Below are positions 38,032-46,909 of a stretch of 64,000 nucleotides of DNA, piece by piece (positions within the stretch are counted from its first letter, which is position 1; every line of letters begins with the position of its first letter). Source of the DNA: Patescibacteria group bacterium (GTDB lineage Bacteria > Patescibacteriota > Patescibacteriia > 2-12-FULL-60-25); assembly GCA_046350895.1 (NCBI GenBank), contig JAXLZL010000004.1:8056-72055 (forward strand), given 5' to 3'. The notes under the pieces were generated by a model that was not told the DNA's origin, searched no databases, and worked only from the letters and a program-made list of their open reading frames with translations. A program made the translations under genes and the position numbers.

Positions 38032-38907
38032 TTACTGCTTGCTTGGCTTAGGCTTCAACGTCAAAACAATGTCTTTTGTTGTTGAACCCTGTGTAGCTGT
38101 AAGGGTAAAATTACCTGACTTCTCATCAAATTTTACGGACTTGAGCACTAAGCCTTCATGGTTTTGAAAGTCAAAAACTTCTTTGGTCTCTGCGCTATCA
38201 CCAGTGACATGGTCAACAACAGTCACCGTGCCTGAACAGCCAGGACCTCCTGAACAAGAAGCGTTCTCATAGACACTATAACCCTTTGCTGCAATAGCAG
38301 GATCAATCGGATGCTCATAACCGTAATAACCCTCCGACACCCTTAAAGTCCCTCCACCGATACCAACAACATTCACGCCCACAGAACGGTTGTCGCCCGC
38401 TTCTAGTATCTCATCAAAGTTATTAATCTCATTCGTTATAAGAATATATCGGTTGCCATTACGTTCAATGAACGAAAAACCATTGATCAGATACCAATCA
38501 TGAAGACCTGGGGTTCCATAAACATCGAATCGACTAATGTCGACGCCGCGTCGGTCTTTCAGCTCAAGAACTGGTCCCCAAAGACAAATAGGAGCGTCCT
38601 TATAGAACGGTGTGCTATCTGGATTAGTAAGCTGTAATGGCTTATCCGCGCAGTACTGGGTGAGGGTATAACCGTCCGGACCCGAAACAGTACGCATGAT
38701 GTAATATTCCTTACCCGCGTCATCTTTTTCAATGGGGTATGTTACGGGTGTTGAGGCGACGGTATGCATGGCCGTGGTAGTTGTCGTCACGTTTTTGGAA
38801 AGATTTTGCATCCGAACCTTCTGATGAAGGCTGGCGCCCTCAATAAGGGTTAGGGTGGCCAAAAGTATGATGACACTGGCAGCAAGTAGCTGGTTTTGCT
38901 TGTACAT
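38032..38907 (-). CDS. Hypothetical anchored secreted Cys-containing protein, paralog A (291 aa)
   Basis: N-terminal TM; distant paralog of 37133..38020; AT-rich (23/60 GC at 38101-38160). Confidence 0.6.
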   Translation of the reverse strand: MYKQNQLLAASVIILLATLTLIEGASLHQKVRMQNLSKNVTTTTTAMHTVASTPVTYPIEKDDAGKEYYIMRTVSGPDGYTLTQYCADKPLQLTNPDSTPFYKDAPICLWGPVLELKDRRGVDISRFDVYGTPGLHDWYLINGFSFIERNGNRYILITNEINNFDEILEAGDNRSVGVNVVGIGGGTLRVSEGYYGYEHPIDPAIAAKGYSVYENASCSGGPGCSGTVTVVDHVTGDSAETKEVFDFQNHEGLVLKSVKFDEKSGNFTLTATQGSTTKDIVLTLKPKPSKQ

Positions 38908-38913
38908 AGGCTA

Positions 38914-38919
38914 AGTATA
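38914..38919 (-). promoter_or_regulatory. -10 element, leaderless geometry
   Basis: Minus strand TATACT-TAGCCT-ATG(38907). Confidence 0.45.
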
Positions 38920-38977
38920 GCTAAATAAGTGGTATTTAATCCAACTAACGCTACCGCTAACGCTTTATGACACCCCT

Positions 38978-40066
38978 CTACCCTTTCACCTTAAACTCCG
39001 CAATGAGGGGCATATGGTCGCTGATATCCTGAACGTCGCGCGATCTTACCTTGTGGCTTTTGGCCTCAAGCAGATCAGAGTAGAAGAGATAGTCGAGGGT
39101 GCGGTCGAGCTCAAACAGATCCGGGCGGTCGGGGGCATGGGTGAACCACTTGGCACGACCCTCCCCTTTTAACTCGGCTGCCGTCGGTACTACTTGGTAC
39201 TTTTTCATCAAGGTTTCGATTTCGGACTTTTTGGCATAGAGCTCCCGTTGGTCTGGCACGAGGCTTTTGCGCGCTTCGGCATTTGGCAACAGGTTAAAAT
39301 CACCGCCAATCACCCATGGGACTTTGGCCGCCGTTCGCTCAGCGAGTAACGCGTCCACTTCATTCACTTGGCGCTGCATGATGTCATTACCCTGGGCATA
39401 AGCATCAAGGTGCGTCGTCATGACCGAGAGATAGCCCCCGCCTTGCATGGCGACCCTCGCCTCCAATACGCAGCGCTTAAGGTAGAAGAGTTGCACGATC
39501 CATGTCATCGGAATCTTTGAAAGCTGGTATCGAAAGGCGGATTCAATTTTGTATTTGGAAAAAATGGCCACCTCCATGTTCCATGAACCAAGCACCATGG
39601 CATGGGGCGTAAAATAGGATTTGTTGTAAAACGCGCTCACGCGGTACGGAAACGTTTTAAGCGCTTGGGCAATCTCACGTTCTTGGTCATGGTGGCGGCT
39701 GCGTGCTGAACGCACGTCCACCTCTTGCATCATGATGATGTCAGGATCTTCGGCCTTGATGATCTCGATGCAGCGCTTGAAGGACTTTCTTAAATCTTTT
39801 TCATCAACCGTGATTCTTTTTTGTTTGCCTTTTGGGAGGTCAAAAAAGAAGACGTATCCCCGACCGGCGAAGAATTGGATATTCCACGTCATGATTTTGA
39901 CCACGCGGTTTTTTGGCAGTGTCCTGCCTTCATTAGGGCCGATGACGCGCACTTTCTCGATAAGCCTTGGACGGTATGAAGCCGTATAGACATAAACAAC
40001 AAGAATGGCCAAAGCAAAAGCAAGAAACCAACCAATGCCTTCAATGACCAAAAGAACGGTGTGCAT
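38978..40066 (-). CDS. Membrane-anchored endonuclease/exonuclease/phosphatase (EEP) family protein
   Basis: N-terminal TM; EEP blocks IMMQEVD, GGDFNLLPN, SDHMPLIAEF. Confidence 0.75.
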   Translation of the reverse strand: MHTVLLVIEGIGWFLAFALAILVVYVYTASYRPRLIEKVRVIGPNEGRTLPKNRVVKIMTWNIQFFAGRGYVFFFDLPKGKQKRITVDEKDLRKSFKRCIEIIKAEDPDIIMMQEVDVRSARSRHHDQEREIAQALKTFPYRVSAFYNKSYFTPHAMVLGSWNMEVAIFSKYKIESAFRYQLSKIPMTWIVQLFYLKRCVLEARVAMQGGGYLSVMTTHLDAYAQGNDIMQRQVNEVDALLAERTAAKVPWVIGGDFNLLPNAEARKSLVPDQRELYAKKSEIETLMKKYQVVPTAAELKGEGRAKWFTHAPDRPDLFELDRTLDYLFYSDLLEAKSHKVRSRDVQDISDHMPLIAEFKVKG

Positions 40067-40073
40067 GCCACGA

Positions 40074-41366
40074 TTATACCTTGCGCTTGGCCGTTTTTAC
40101 AACGCGTTTCTTTTTACCCACGAAGGCATCACTTCTCACTTTGCGGTGAAAGGTGATGGCAAACCGGTGTGACTCATCTCGTACCTGGGTCAACATGTCG
40201 ATATGCGGTTCGAGCAACTGGCACAGGCTTGGGCTGCGGTCAGAACAGATCAAATCCGTACGTTTGCGCTCGGGGCCTTTGGCCATCCCCACCACCGGCA
40301 CCTGCACACCCAGCTCGCGCACCACTTCTTCGACGGCATGCACCTGTGGCTTGCCTCCATCAATCAATAAGAGCTGCGGCAGTGGCCATTCATCATGTTT
40401 CAAGCGTCTCGTCAGCACCTCTTTCAATGAGGCGACGTCATTTGAACCGTCGACGGTTTTGATCTTGAATTTGCGGTATTGCGCTTTGGCGGGGGCGCCA
40501 TTTTGAAAGACGACCATGCTCGCCACCTGCGACGTGCCGCTGATATGAGAAATATCATAACCCTCAATGCGGCCATACACGTCAATCTCACCTTCAGAGC
40601 GTTTAATGACACGGGCATCAGGCTCATCACGCATGAGCAGCGCGATGTCTTGGATATGCTCAAGCGAGAAGAGCTGGTTGCGGATTTTGGCCGCTTCTTC
40701 AAATTTCTGTTCTTTGGCCAACTTCTCCATCTCTTTGGTCATCGCTTTGACGATCTCTTCTTTTTTGCCTTCAAAAAATTTGATCAGGTTACGGATCCCC
40801 TGCTTATACATTTTTGGATCGATCTTGCGAATGCAAACGCCCGGACATCGTCCGATTTGGTAATCAAAACAAGCGCGTTGTTGGTCAGGCGAGCACGTCG
40901 ACCACGGGAATACCTTGCGGACCAAGTCTAAAGCCACGCGCAATGATCGCGCCGACAAATATGGCCCAAAAACCGCCAACGCATGCTTTTCTTCTTCTGG
41001 GGCAAGATCGGTCGCGCGCTTTAAAATCGGGCGCGGATATTCTTCATCCGTGATGACCAAGTACATGAAGCTCTTATTGTCCTTGAGCATCACGTTATAT
41101 TTTGGCCAATGCAATTTGATGAGGTTCGCTTCAAGAATCAGCGCCTCAATCGCCGTCCCCTTCTCGATATAGTCGATCTCACGCACCAATGGCGTCATCT
41201 CTTGGATGAACGGCCCATGAGGGCGTTCAAAATGCTGGTTGACGCGGCGTTTCAAATTCACTGCTTTGCCCACATATAAAATCTTCCCATGGGCATCTTT
41301 CATGAGATACACGCCCGGAGTATCGGGCAAGGCATCATTCTTGATGCGGATATAGGCGGGTAACAT
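40074..41366 (-). CDS. uvrC: Excinuclease ABC subunit C, short form lacking the C-terminal (HhH)2 domain
   Basis: Start taken at MLPAYIR (GGAGGG SD). Contains GIY-YIG (PGVYLMKDAHGKILYVGKA) and a UVR helix (FEEAAKIRNQL). It ends after ..VRDESHRFAITFHRK at ~431 aa. Confidence 0.85.
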   Translation of the reverse strand: MLPAYIRIKNDALPDTPGVYLMKDAHGKILYVGKAVNLKRRVNQHFERPHGPFIQEMTPLVREIDYIEKGTAIEALILEANLIKLHWPKYNVMLKDNKSFMYLVITDEEYPRPILKRATDLAPEEEKHALAVFGPYLSARSLRVALDLVRKVFPWSTCSPDQQRACFDYQIGRCPGVCIRKIDPKMYKQGIRNLIKFFEGKKEEIVKAMTKEMEKLAKEQKFEEAAKIRNQLFSLEHIQDIALLMRDEPDARVIKRSEGEIDVYGRIEGYDISHISGTSQVASMVVFQNGAPAKAQYRKFKIKTVDGSNDVASLKEVLTRRLKHDEWPLPQLLLIDGGKPQVHAVEEVVRELGVQVPVVGMAKGPERKRTDLICSDRSPSLCQLLEPHIDMLTQVRDESHRFAITFHRKVRSDAFVGKKKRVVKTAKRKV

Positions 41367-41442
41367 ACTTTTCCCTCCCCCTCGATTCGCCTTCGGCTCA
41401 CTCGGGGTATCCCTTTCCACTTCGTGGACAGGGAATTATGGA

Positions 41443-41811
41443 TTAAGTTATTTTTTTATTTATCTTTCCGATAATCCAATACGAGAGCGGGATGAAGACA
41501 TAAGGCGTCACCCAAAGAAAACCCGTCATGCCGAGCTCGTAGCCTTTGAAGATACTGTCACTACCGGTAGCAAGCTGATAAAGGCTCACGATCCAAATGG
41601 CAGGTAAGGCGATAAAGAGCTTGATCATGGACACGAAGCCTTCCCAACCAACTATGAGATACTGCGATACTGTCGTACCTGGCGCGGATTTAGCGATATA
41701 AATACCGAGATTCACGATGGCGAATACCAATACGAGCGCCACCCAGGCAAGCGAACTATAAACCCACTTCTGCGATTTGGTTAACGGTTTTTTGTTGAGG
41801 TCTTGAGGCAT
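41443..41811 (-). CDS. Hypothetical membrane protein (122 aa)
   Basis: ORF track; 4 hydrophobic helices. Confidence 0.5.
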   Translation of the reverse strand: MPQDLNKKPLTKSQKWVYSSLAWVALVLVFAIVNLGIYIAKSAPGTTVSQYLIVGWEGFVSMIKLFIALPAIWIVSLYQLATGSDSIFKGYELGMTGFLWVTPYVFIPLSYWIIGKINKKIT

Positions 41812-41851
41812 ATGTAAGCAGTATAACGCAGATCAGCTTATTTAGTGACGC

Positions 41852-44428
41852 TTAGCGCTTCTTCAATACTTCTTTCAAATATTTACCCGTCCAGCTCTTT
41901 GGATTTTTGGCGACATCTTCTGGTGTACCTTGGGCAACGATGGTGCCGCCTTTGTCGCCGCCTTCTGGGCCCATATCGATGATCCAATCGGCATTTTTGA
42001 TGACGTCGAGGTTGTGTTCGATGATGGCGACCGTATTGCCGCGTGTCACGAGACGATGCAGTACTTCAAGAAGCTTGCGAATATCTTCGAAGTGAAGACC
42101 CGTGGTTGGCTCATCGAGAAGATAGAACGTGCGGCCGGTATCACGTTTGGCAAGCTCGCTTGAGAGCTTGATGCGTTGTGCCTCACCGCCTGAGAGGGTG
42201 GTCGCGCTCTGGCCAAGCTTCAAATAACCCAAACCCACTTCTTCAAGAATCTTGGTACGGTCATGAATAACCGGGATGTCGCGGAAGAAATGGCTGGCTT
42301 CTTCGATGGTCATGTTCAAGACATCCGAAATGTTTTTCTCGCGATAGGTCACTTCGAGCGTTTCACGGTTAAAGCGCTTGCCTTTACAAACATCACAAGG
42401 AACATACACCGTCGGCAAGAAGTGCATCTCGATGGCAATTTGACCATTGCCTTCACAATGCTCACAACGGCCACCAGGGACGTTGAACGAGAAGCGCCCA
42501 ACCTTATAACCGCGAATACGAGCTTCAGGCGTTAATGCATAAAGTTCACGAACGTGATTCCAGATACCCGTATAGGTCGCGGGGTTCGAACGTGGCGTAC
42601 GGCCAATGGCGCTTTGGTCAACGTCAACGACTTTATCGATCCAGTCCATGCCTTCAATGCCGCCATGGGCACCTGGTTTGGTTGTAGCGCCATTCAAGTG
42701 CTTGGCGAGTTCGCGATAGAGCACATCGATCATCAGAGTCGATTTGCCCGAACCAGAAACACCGGTAACACAAACCATACGGCCAAGCGGGATCTTGGCA
42801 TTCACGTTTTTCAAATTGTTCTCGGTCGCTTTTTTCACTTCTAAAAAGGCTTTGGCGGCCGGGCGGCGCTTATGCGGATACGTAATTTTTTTGTCGCCGC
42901 GCAAATAGGCGCAGGTGAGACTGTCTTTGTTCTCGAGCACCTTTGGCATCGCGCCTTCAGCCACGACATAACCGCCATGCACGCCGGCACCAGGGCCAAT
43001 ATCGACCAAGTGGTCAGCGGCATGAATGGTATCTTCGTCATGTTCAACGACGATGATGGTATTACCAAGATCACGAAGTTTTAAGAGCGTGTCGATCAAG
43101 CGCTTATTGTCGCGCTGGTGCAAACCGATGGTTGGCTCATCCAATACATACAAAGCACCCACGAGATGCGAACCGATTTGCGAAGCAAGACGAATGCGTT
43201 GTGCCTCACCGCCTGAAAGCGTGCCAGCCGTGCGATTAAGCGTGAGATATTCGAGACCCACGTCCAACAAAAATGAAAGACGCGACAAGACTTCACGCAT
43301 CACGGGCTCGGCAATCGACATTGCCGTTTTGTCGAGCGACAATTTCAAAAAGAAATCCGCCGCCTCATTGATCGGCAAATTCGTCACTTCAACGATGCTC
43401 TTGCCTTCGAGCCAGACAAACAGCGCTTCTTTGCGCAAACGCGCACCTTCACAAGCCGGACAAATCTCGTCAGAAAACAGCGACTCAGTACCGATACCGT
43501 TACAGGTCTGGCAGGCGCCATAAGGCGAGTTAAACGAGAACAAACGCGGTTCGATTTCAGGAAAGGCAAACCCGTCATCAGGACACGAGAAGCGCGCCGA
43601 CATTAATACTTCGGTTTTGTCGTCCATGATGACGAGTACGGTATCGTTGGCACGGTCGAGCGCGGATTCAACCGCTTCGCTCAAACGCGACTGCAAGCCT
43701 TTATTGCCGGCGATCGGCCAACCGAGCGGGATGCGGTCGGTTACGACTTCAATCGTATGACGGTCATAGCGGCCAAGATCAATCGGTTCACGCAATGAAT
43801 GCCATTTGCCATTCACGCGCACTTCGGTAAAACCAGATTCGTGGAGATCTTGAAGTAACTGGTGATACTCACCCTTGCGACCACGAACGACCGGAGCCAA
43901 AATCACGAGCTCATTGGTTAGAGCGACGTTCTTTGCGCTTTTCTTCGGTTTTGCTTCGCCGATCGTTGAAGTGGCGGCACCGGCATGAATTTCTTCAGTC
44001 TTCTTGAGGATGCGATCAACCATTTCATCCACCGTCATCTTTTGGATAGGGTTGCGGCAAATCGGGCAATGCGGCTTACCGGCACGGGCATAAAGCACGC
44101 GCAGGTAGTCGTAGATTTCGGTGATGGTTGCCACGGTTGAACGCGGGTTTGCCGAGTGCGCTTTTTGGTCAATCGAAATAGCCGGCGAGAGACCTTCGAT
44201 TTCGTCGACATCAGGTTTGTCCATTTGGCCCAAGAATTGGCGGGCATAGGCCGACAAAGACTCGACATAACGGCGCTGGCCTTCGGCGAAGATGGTATCA
44301 AACGCCAAAGACGACTTTCCTGAACCAGAAAGCCCCGTAAAAACGGTCATTTTGTGGCGGGGGATCTCAAGAGAAATATTCTTGAGGTTGTGTTCGCGGG
44401 CACCGCGGATGATGATTTTATCTTGCAT
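41852..44428 (-). CDS. uvrA: Excinuclease ABC subunit A
   Basis: 858 aa; two ABC P-loops GLSGSGKSS and GVSGSGKST; LSGGEAQR signatures; Cys clusters. Confidence 0.95.
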   Translation of the reverse strand: MQDKIIIRGAREHNLKNISLEIPRHKMTVFTGLSGSGKSSLAFDTIFAEGQRRYVESLSAYARQFLGQMDKPDVDEIEGLSPAISIDQKAHSANPRSTVATITEIYDYLRVLYARAGKPHCPICRNPIQKMTVDEMVDRILKKTEEIHAGAATSTIGEAKPKKSAKNVALTNELVILAPVVRGRKGEYHQLLQDLHESGFTEVRVNGKWHSLREPIDLGRYDRHTIEVVTDRIPLGWPIAGNKGLQSRLSEAVESALDRANDTVLVIMDDKTEVLMSARFSCPDDGFAFPEIEPRLFSFNSPYGACQTCNGIGTESLFSDEICPACEGARLRKEALFVWLEGKSIVEVTNLPINEAADFFLKLSLDKTAMSIAEPVMREVLSRLSFLLDVGLEYLTLNRTAGTLSGGEAQRIRLASQIGSHLVGALYVLDEPTIGLHQRDNKRLIDTLLKLRDLGNTIIVVEHDEDTIHAADHLVDIGPGAGVHGGYVVAEGAMPKVLENKDSLTCAYLRGDKKITYPHKRRPAAKAFLEVKKATENNLKNVNAKIPLGRMVCVTGVSGSGKSTLMIDVLYRELAKHLNGATTKPGAHGGIEGMDWIDKVVDVDQSAIGRTPRSNPATYTGIWNHVRELYALTPEARIRGYKVGRFSFNVPGGRCEHCEGNGQIAIEMHFLPTVYVPCDVCKGKRFNRETLEVTYREKNISDVLNMTIEEASHFFRDIPVIHDRTKILEEVGLGYLKLGQSATTLSGGEAQRIKLSSELAKRDTGRTFYLLDEPTTGLHFEDIRKLLEVLHRLVTRGNTVAIIEHNLDVIKNADWIIDMGPEGGDKGGTIVAQGTPEDVAKNPKSWTGKYLKEVLKKR

Positions 44429-44465
44429 AACGCAGAAGGCCGCCCGTTGTGGGGGCGATTAGTGG

Positions 44466-44494
44466 ACTATACGCGATCTCCCCTATTCGGGCAA
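44466..44494 (-). promoter_or_regulatory. uvrA promoter
   Basis: Minus strand TTGCCC(44494-89)-17 nt-TATAGT(44471-66). Confidence 0.5.
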
Positions 44495-44521
44495 ACGTCG
44501 GCATGCAAGAATGCTGGCCAT

Positions 44522-45061
44522 ATGAATGAGTCTGTTTTTCCTACTGTTACCGGCAGCAAACGCGTTTTTGAATGCCCATATTATACGATCCGCCATGATG
44601 CCCTTGATTTGCCAAATGGCAATAAGGGTAATTATTACGTCATTGAGCTAGCAGAAGCGGCCGGTGTCATTATGGTGAATGATGGCAAAGCACTTCTCGT
44701 CAGCCAATACCGTCATCCTCTCAACAAAGTCACGTATGAATTTCCGATGGGTCGTGGGCACGAGGGCGAACCCCTCGACCAAGCCGCGCTGCGTGAATTG
44801 GCAGAAGAATGCGGACTCGCCCCGATTACCATGAAGCCACTCGGAGTCATAGAGCCATTACCAGGCCAATCAAACCACCGCGTCGCCATGTTTGTCGGCG
44901 AAGGTCTCAAACCAGCGAGCGGCGAAAAAGATCCGGAGGAATACGATATCAAGCTTCACTGGCTGGCCTTCGATGAAATCGATGCCATGATCGCCGACGG
45001 CCGCATCAACAATGCCGTAACGATCTCTGCTTGGTATAAATACAAACTTACGCAAAAATAA
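44522..45061 (+). CDS. Nudix hydrolase (ADP-ribose pyrophosphatase-like)
   Basis: Start taken at MNESVFP; Nudix box GRGHEGEPLDQAALRELAEECG. The track ORF start (44354) overlaps uvrA. Confidence 0.8.
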   Translation: MNESVFPTVTGSKRVFECPYYTIRHDALDLPNGNKGNYYVIELAEAAGVIMVNDGKALLVSQYRHPLNKVTYEFPMGRGHEGEPLDQAALRELAEECGLAPITMKPLGVIEPLPGQSNHRVAMFVGEGLKPASGEKDPEEYDIKLHWLAFDEIDAMIADGRINNAVTISAWYKYKLTQK

Positions 45062-45084
45062 ACACCGCCTCATGGCGGTGTTTT
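45062..45084. terminator. Bidirectional intrinsic terminator
   Basis: ACACCGCC-TCAT-GGCGGTGT followed by TTTATTA. Confidence 0.75.
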
Positions 45085-45085
45085 A

Positions 45086-46755
45086 TTACTTGCGTATATC
45101 ACCGGTATACACGGCCTCAAATGCTGACCCTGGCACTGCTTTTAGCTGGTTGAGCTCATTATCATTCCATCTCGTATCAGTAGCACCTTGAAAGTACCAA
45201 GCCGAGCCATTGTCGGCGACGATCATGCCATACTCTTTCATCGCTTGCGCAATGATCTTGGCTGAGCCCGTCAAAGAAGAGATATCGTAGTCTTTCTTCA
45301 AACGCAGGCGTAAGCCCATTGGCGGCAAGTCAGCATTATTTGAGCCCGCATGGTGCGTAGCCGGCAAAATATGGCCGCTTTGGCTGCGTGGTACCGTCAC
45401 GCGAATCGCATGCGTGATTTTACCGGCAGCGATCTCATCATAACGAACAAGTCCGTTAAAAATCGGCAGGCCGGCGGCATCGGCACTCGTCCAACCCTCT
45501 GGGCGCAGCGCACCTGTCTTCAAATTCCATTTTGCGCCAGAATCCGCATTCCATCCCGTTGTCGTTTTAACGGCATTGTATAACTCATAGAGCATGCAAG
45601 CGCTCTTATCAACGACAAGCACGTGATGATCACTCCCCGACTCTACGCGCGCATTATTTGGGATGGGGAATGGCCCGGCATCACTCTCATCACCATAGGC
45701 CGTATAGCTAATGGCGACCTTTGGCGTTGACGCATCAGCTACGGTATAAGGGATGCCGTATGTTTGGTTTTCGCCAAAGTCAGGATGTAAGGTTCGCGAT
45801 GCGCCGATCGAAGCAATATAGGTTGCGGATTTTTCATGCACCGGCAAAGCATCCACGCGCTGGTTCCAGGCATTATCTGGCGGAAAGACCGGGCAGCCCT
45901 GAAAAGACGTACCCGAAATAACATTTGACGCTTGGTTGAAGCCAAACGGCTGACTCGACACGACGTAGAACGCTGTAGAACCCATCAATCCTGGGATTGT
46001 GAACGTCGTTGGGGCTATCGCATAATCCGCACCCACGTTATCGGCGTAAACACCGACTTCAACCGTCGCCCCTGGATCGATCAACACCGTTTTGTACCAG
46101 CGAAATATCAAGCCATTTGGTGACATGATTCGCGTAGTCTTGATAAACGTTTGTTGCGCATTCCCATTATTCGTATTTTAACTGCCCCCATGACAAGCTC
46201 CTGCGATGCGGGCGCACCGGGCAATGCATAACCTTTGTAGAGTTCAAACAACGTCGTCACCAGCAGCTCTGTGCCAACCGAATAGTTATTTACGGCGGCA
46301 ATAGGTTCACCTATGCTGTAATTCACAAAAAACGCATCCGACAAATCATGGACCTTGGTTGCCCAATTCGTATCATAAAAACTTTTCGCGATCTCTTCAC
46401 TTGCCAAGACGCGCAAAACACCTTTGTTCGCAACCGCATAAACCCTTGGATCGCTCGTGATTTTTACCAACTGCTTGCCGGGTCGATATGGCACATTGCC
46501 ACTGATTTGGTACGAAGCTAACTCTGCTTCGCTGACGGTTTGAACGTTTGAGAAATCCGCATACCAGCTCTTATAGATGCGTTCGTTGGGAAAGACATAA
46601 CGTTTGCCGTCCAAAACATAATAGACGGCCGGATTGGTCGGATTCTTGATCAAGGCATCTTGTACCGCCGCCATAGCTGGCACGGCAGGTACCGAGGCTA
46701 AAACCAATGATCCAAGGCTCAATAGAGCTAAAATACGGCGAAAAGGGCTACGCAT
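45086..46755 (-). pseudogene. Large secreted hypothetical protein (~555 aa if joined), split at a T4/A4 run near 46176-46179
   Basis: ORF 46108..46776 carries the signal peptide MRSPFRRILALLSLGSLVLASVPAVPAMA. ORF 45086..46126 is in another frame. Adding one base to the A-run gives a continuous ..VKNTNNGNAQQTFIKTTRIMSPNG... Confidence 0.6.
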
Positions 46756-46793
46756 ATAGATACAAGGATACCACACCCAGAATCATCCCCTGC

Positions 46794-46814
46794 CCCTTCT
46801 TTGTGAAAGAAGGG
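46794..46814. promoter_or_regulatory. Perfect 9-bp hairpin/palindrome in a divergent promoter region
   Basis: CCCTTCTTT-GTG-AAAGAAGGG, flanked by GAATC..GATTC. Confidence 0.35.
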
Positions 46815-46909
46815 ATTCTTGTCATGTCGAATGTTAATGAGACACTAGACAAAAATACTATAATATGATACCGTTCGCCCGCGTCATAACCATTTAGGAG
46901 GGTTATTAC

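Noticed and set aside
41410-41418. A shared 9-mer, TCCCTTTCC, between the uvrC leader and the 28.8-kb palindrome (28796-28804), which might indicate a repeat family.
   Set aside because: A single 9-mer coincidence is expected by chance in 64 kb on two strands, and the flanking sequence does not align convincingly.
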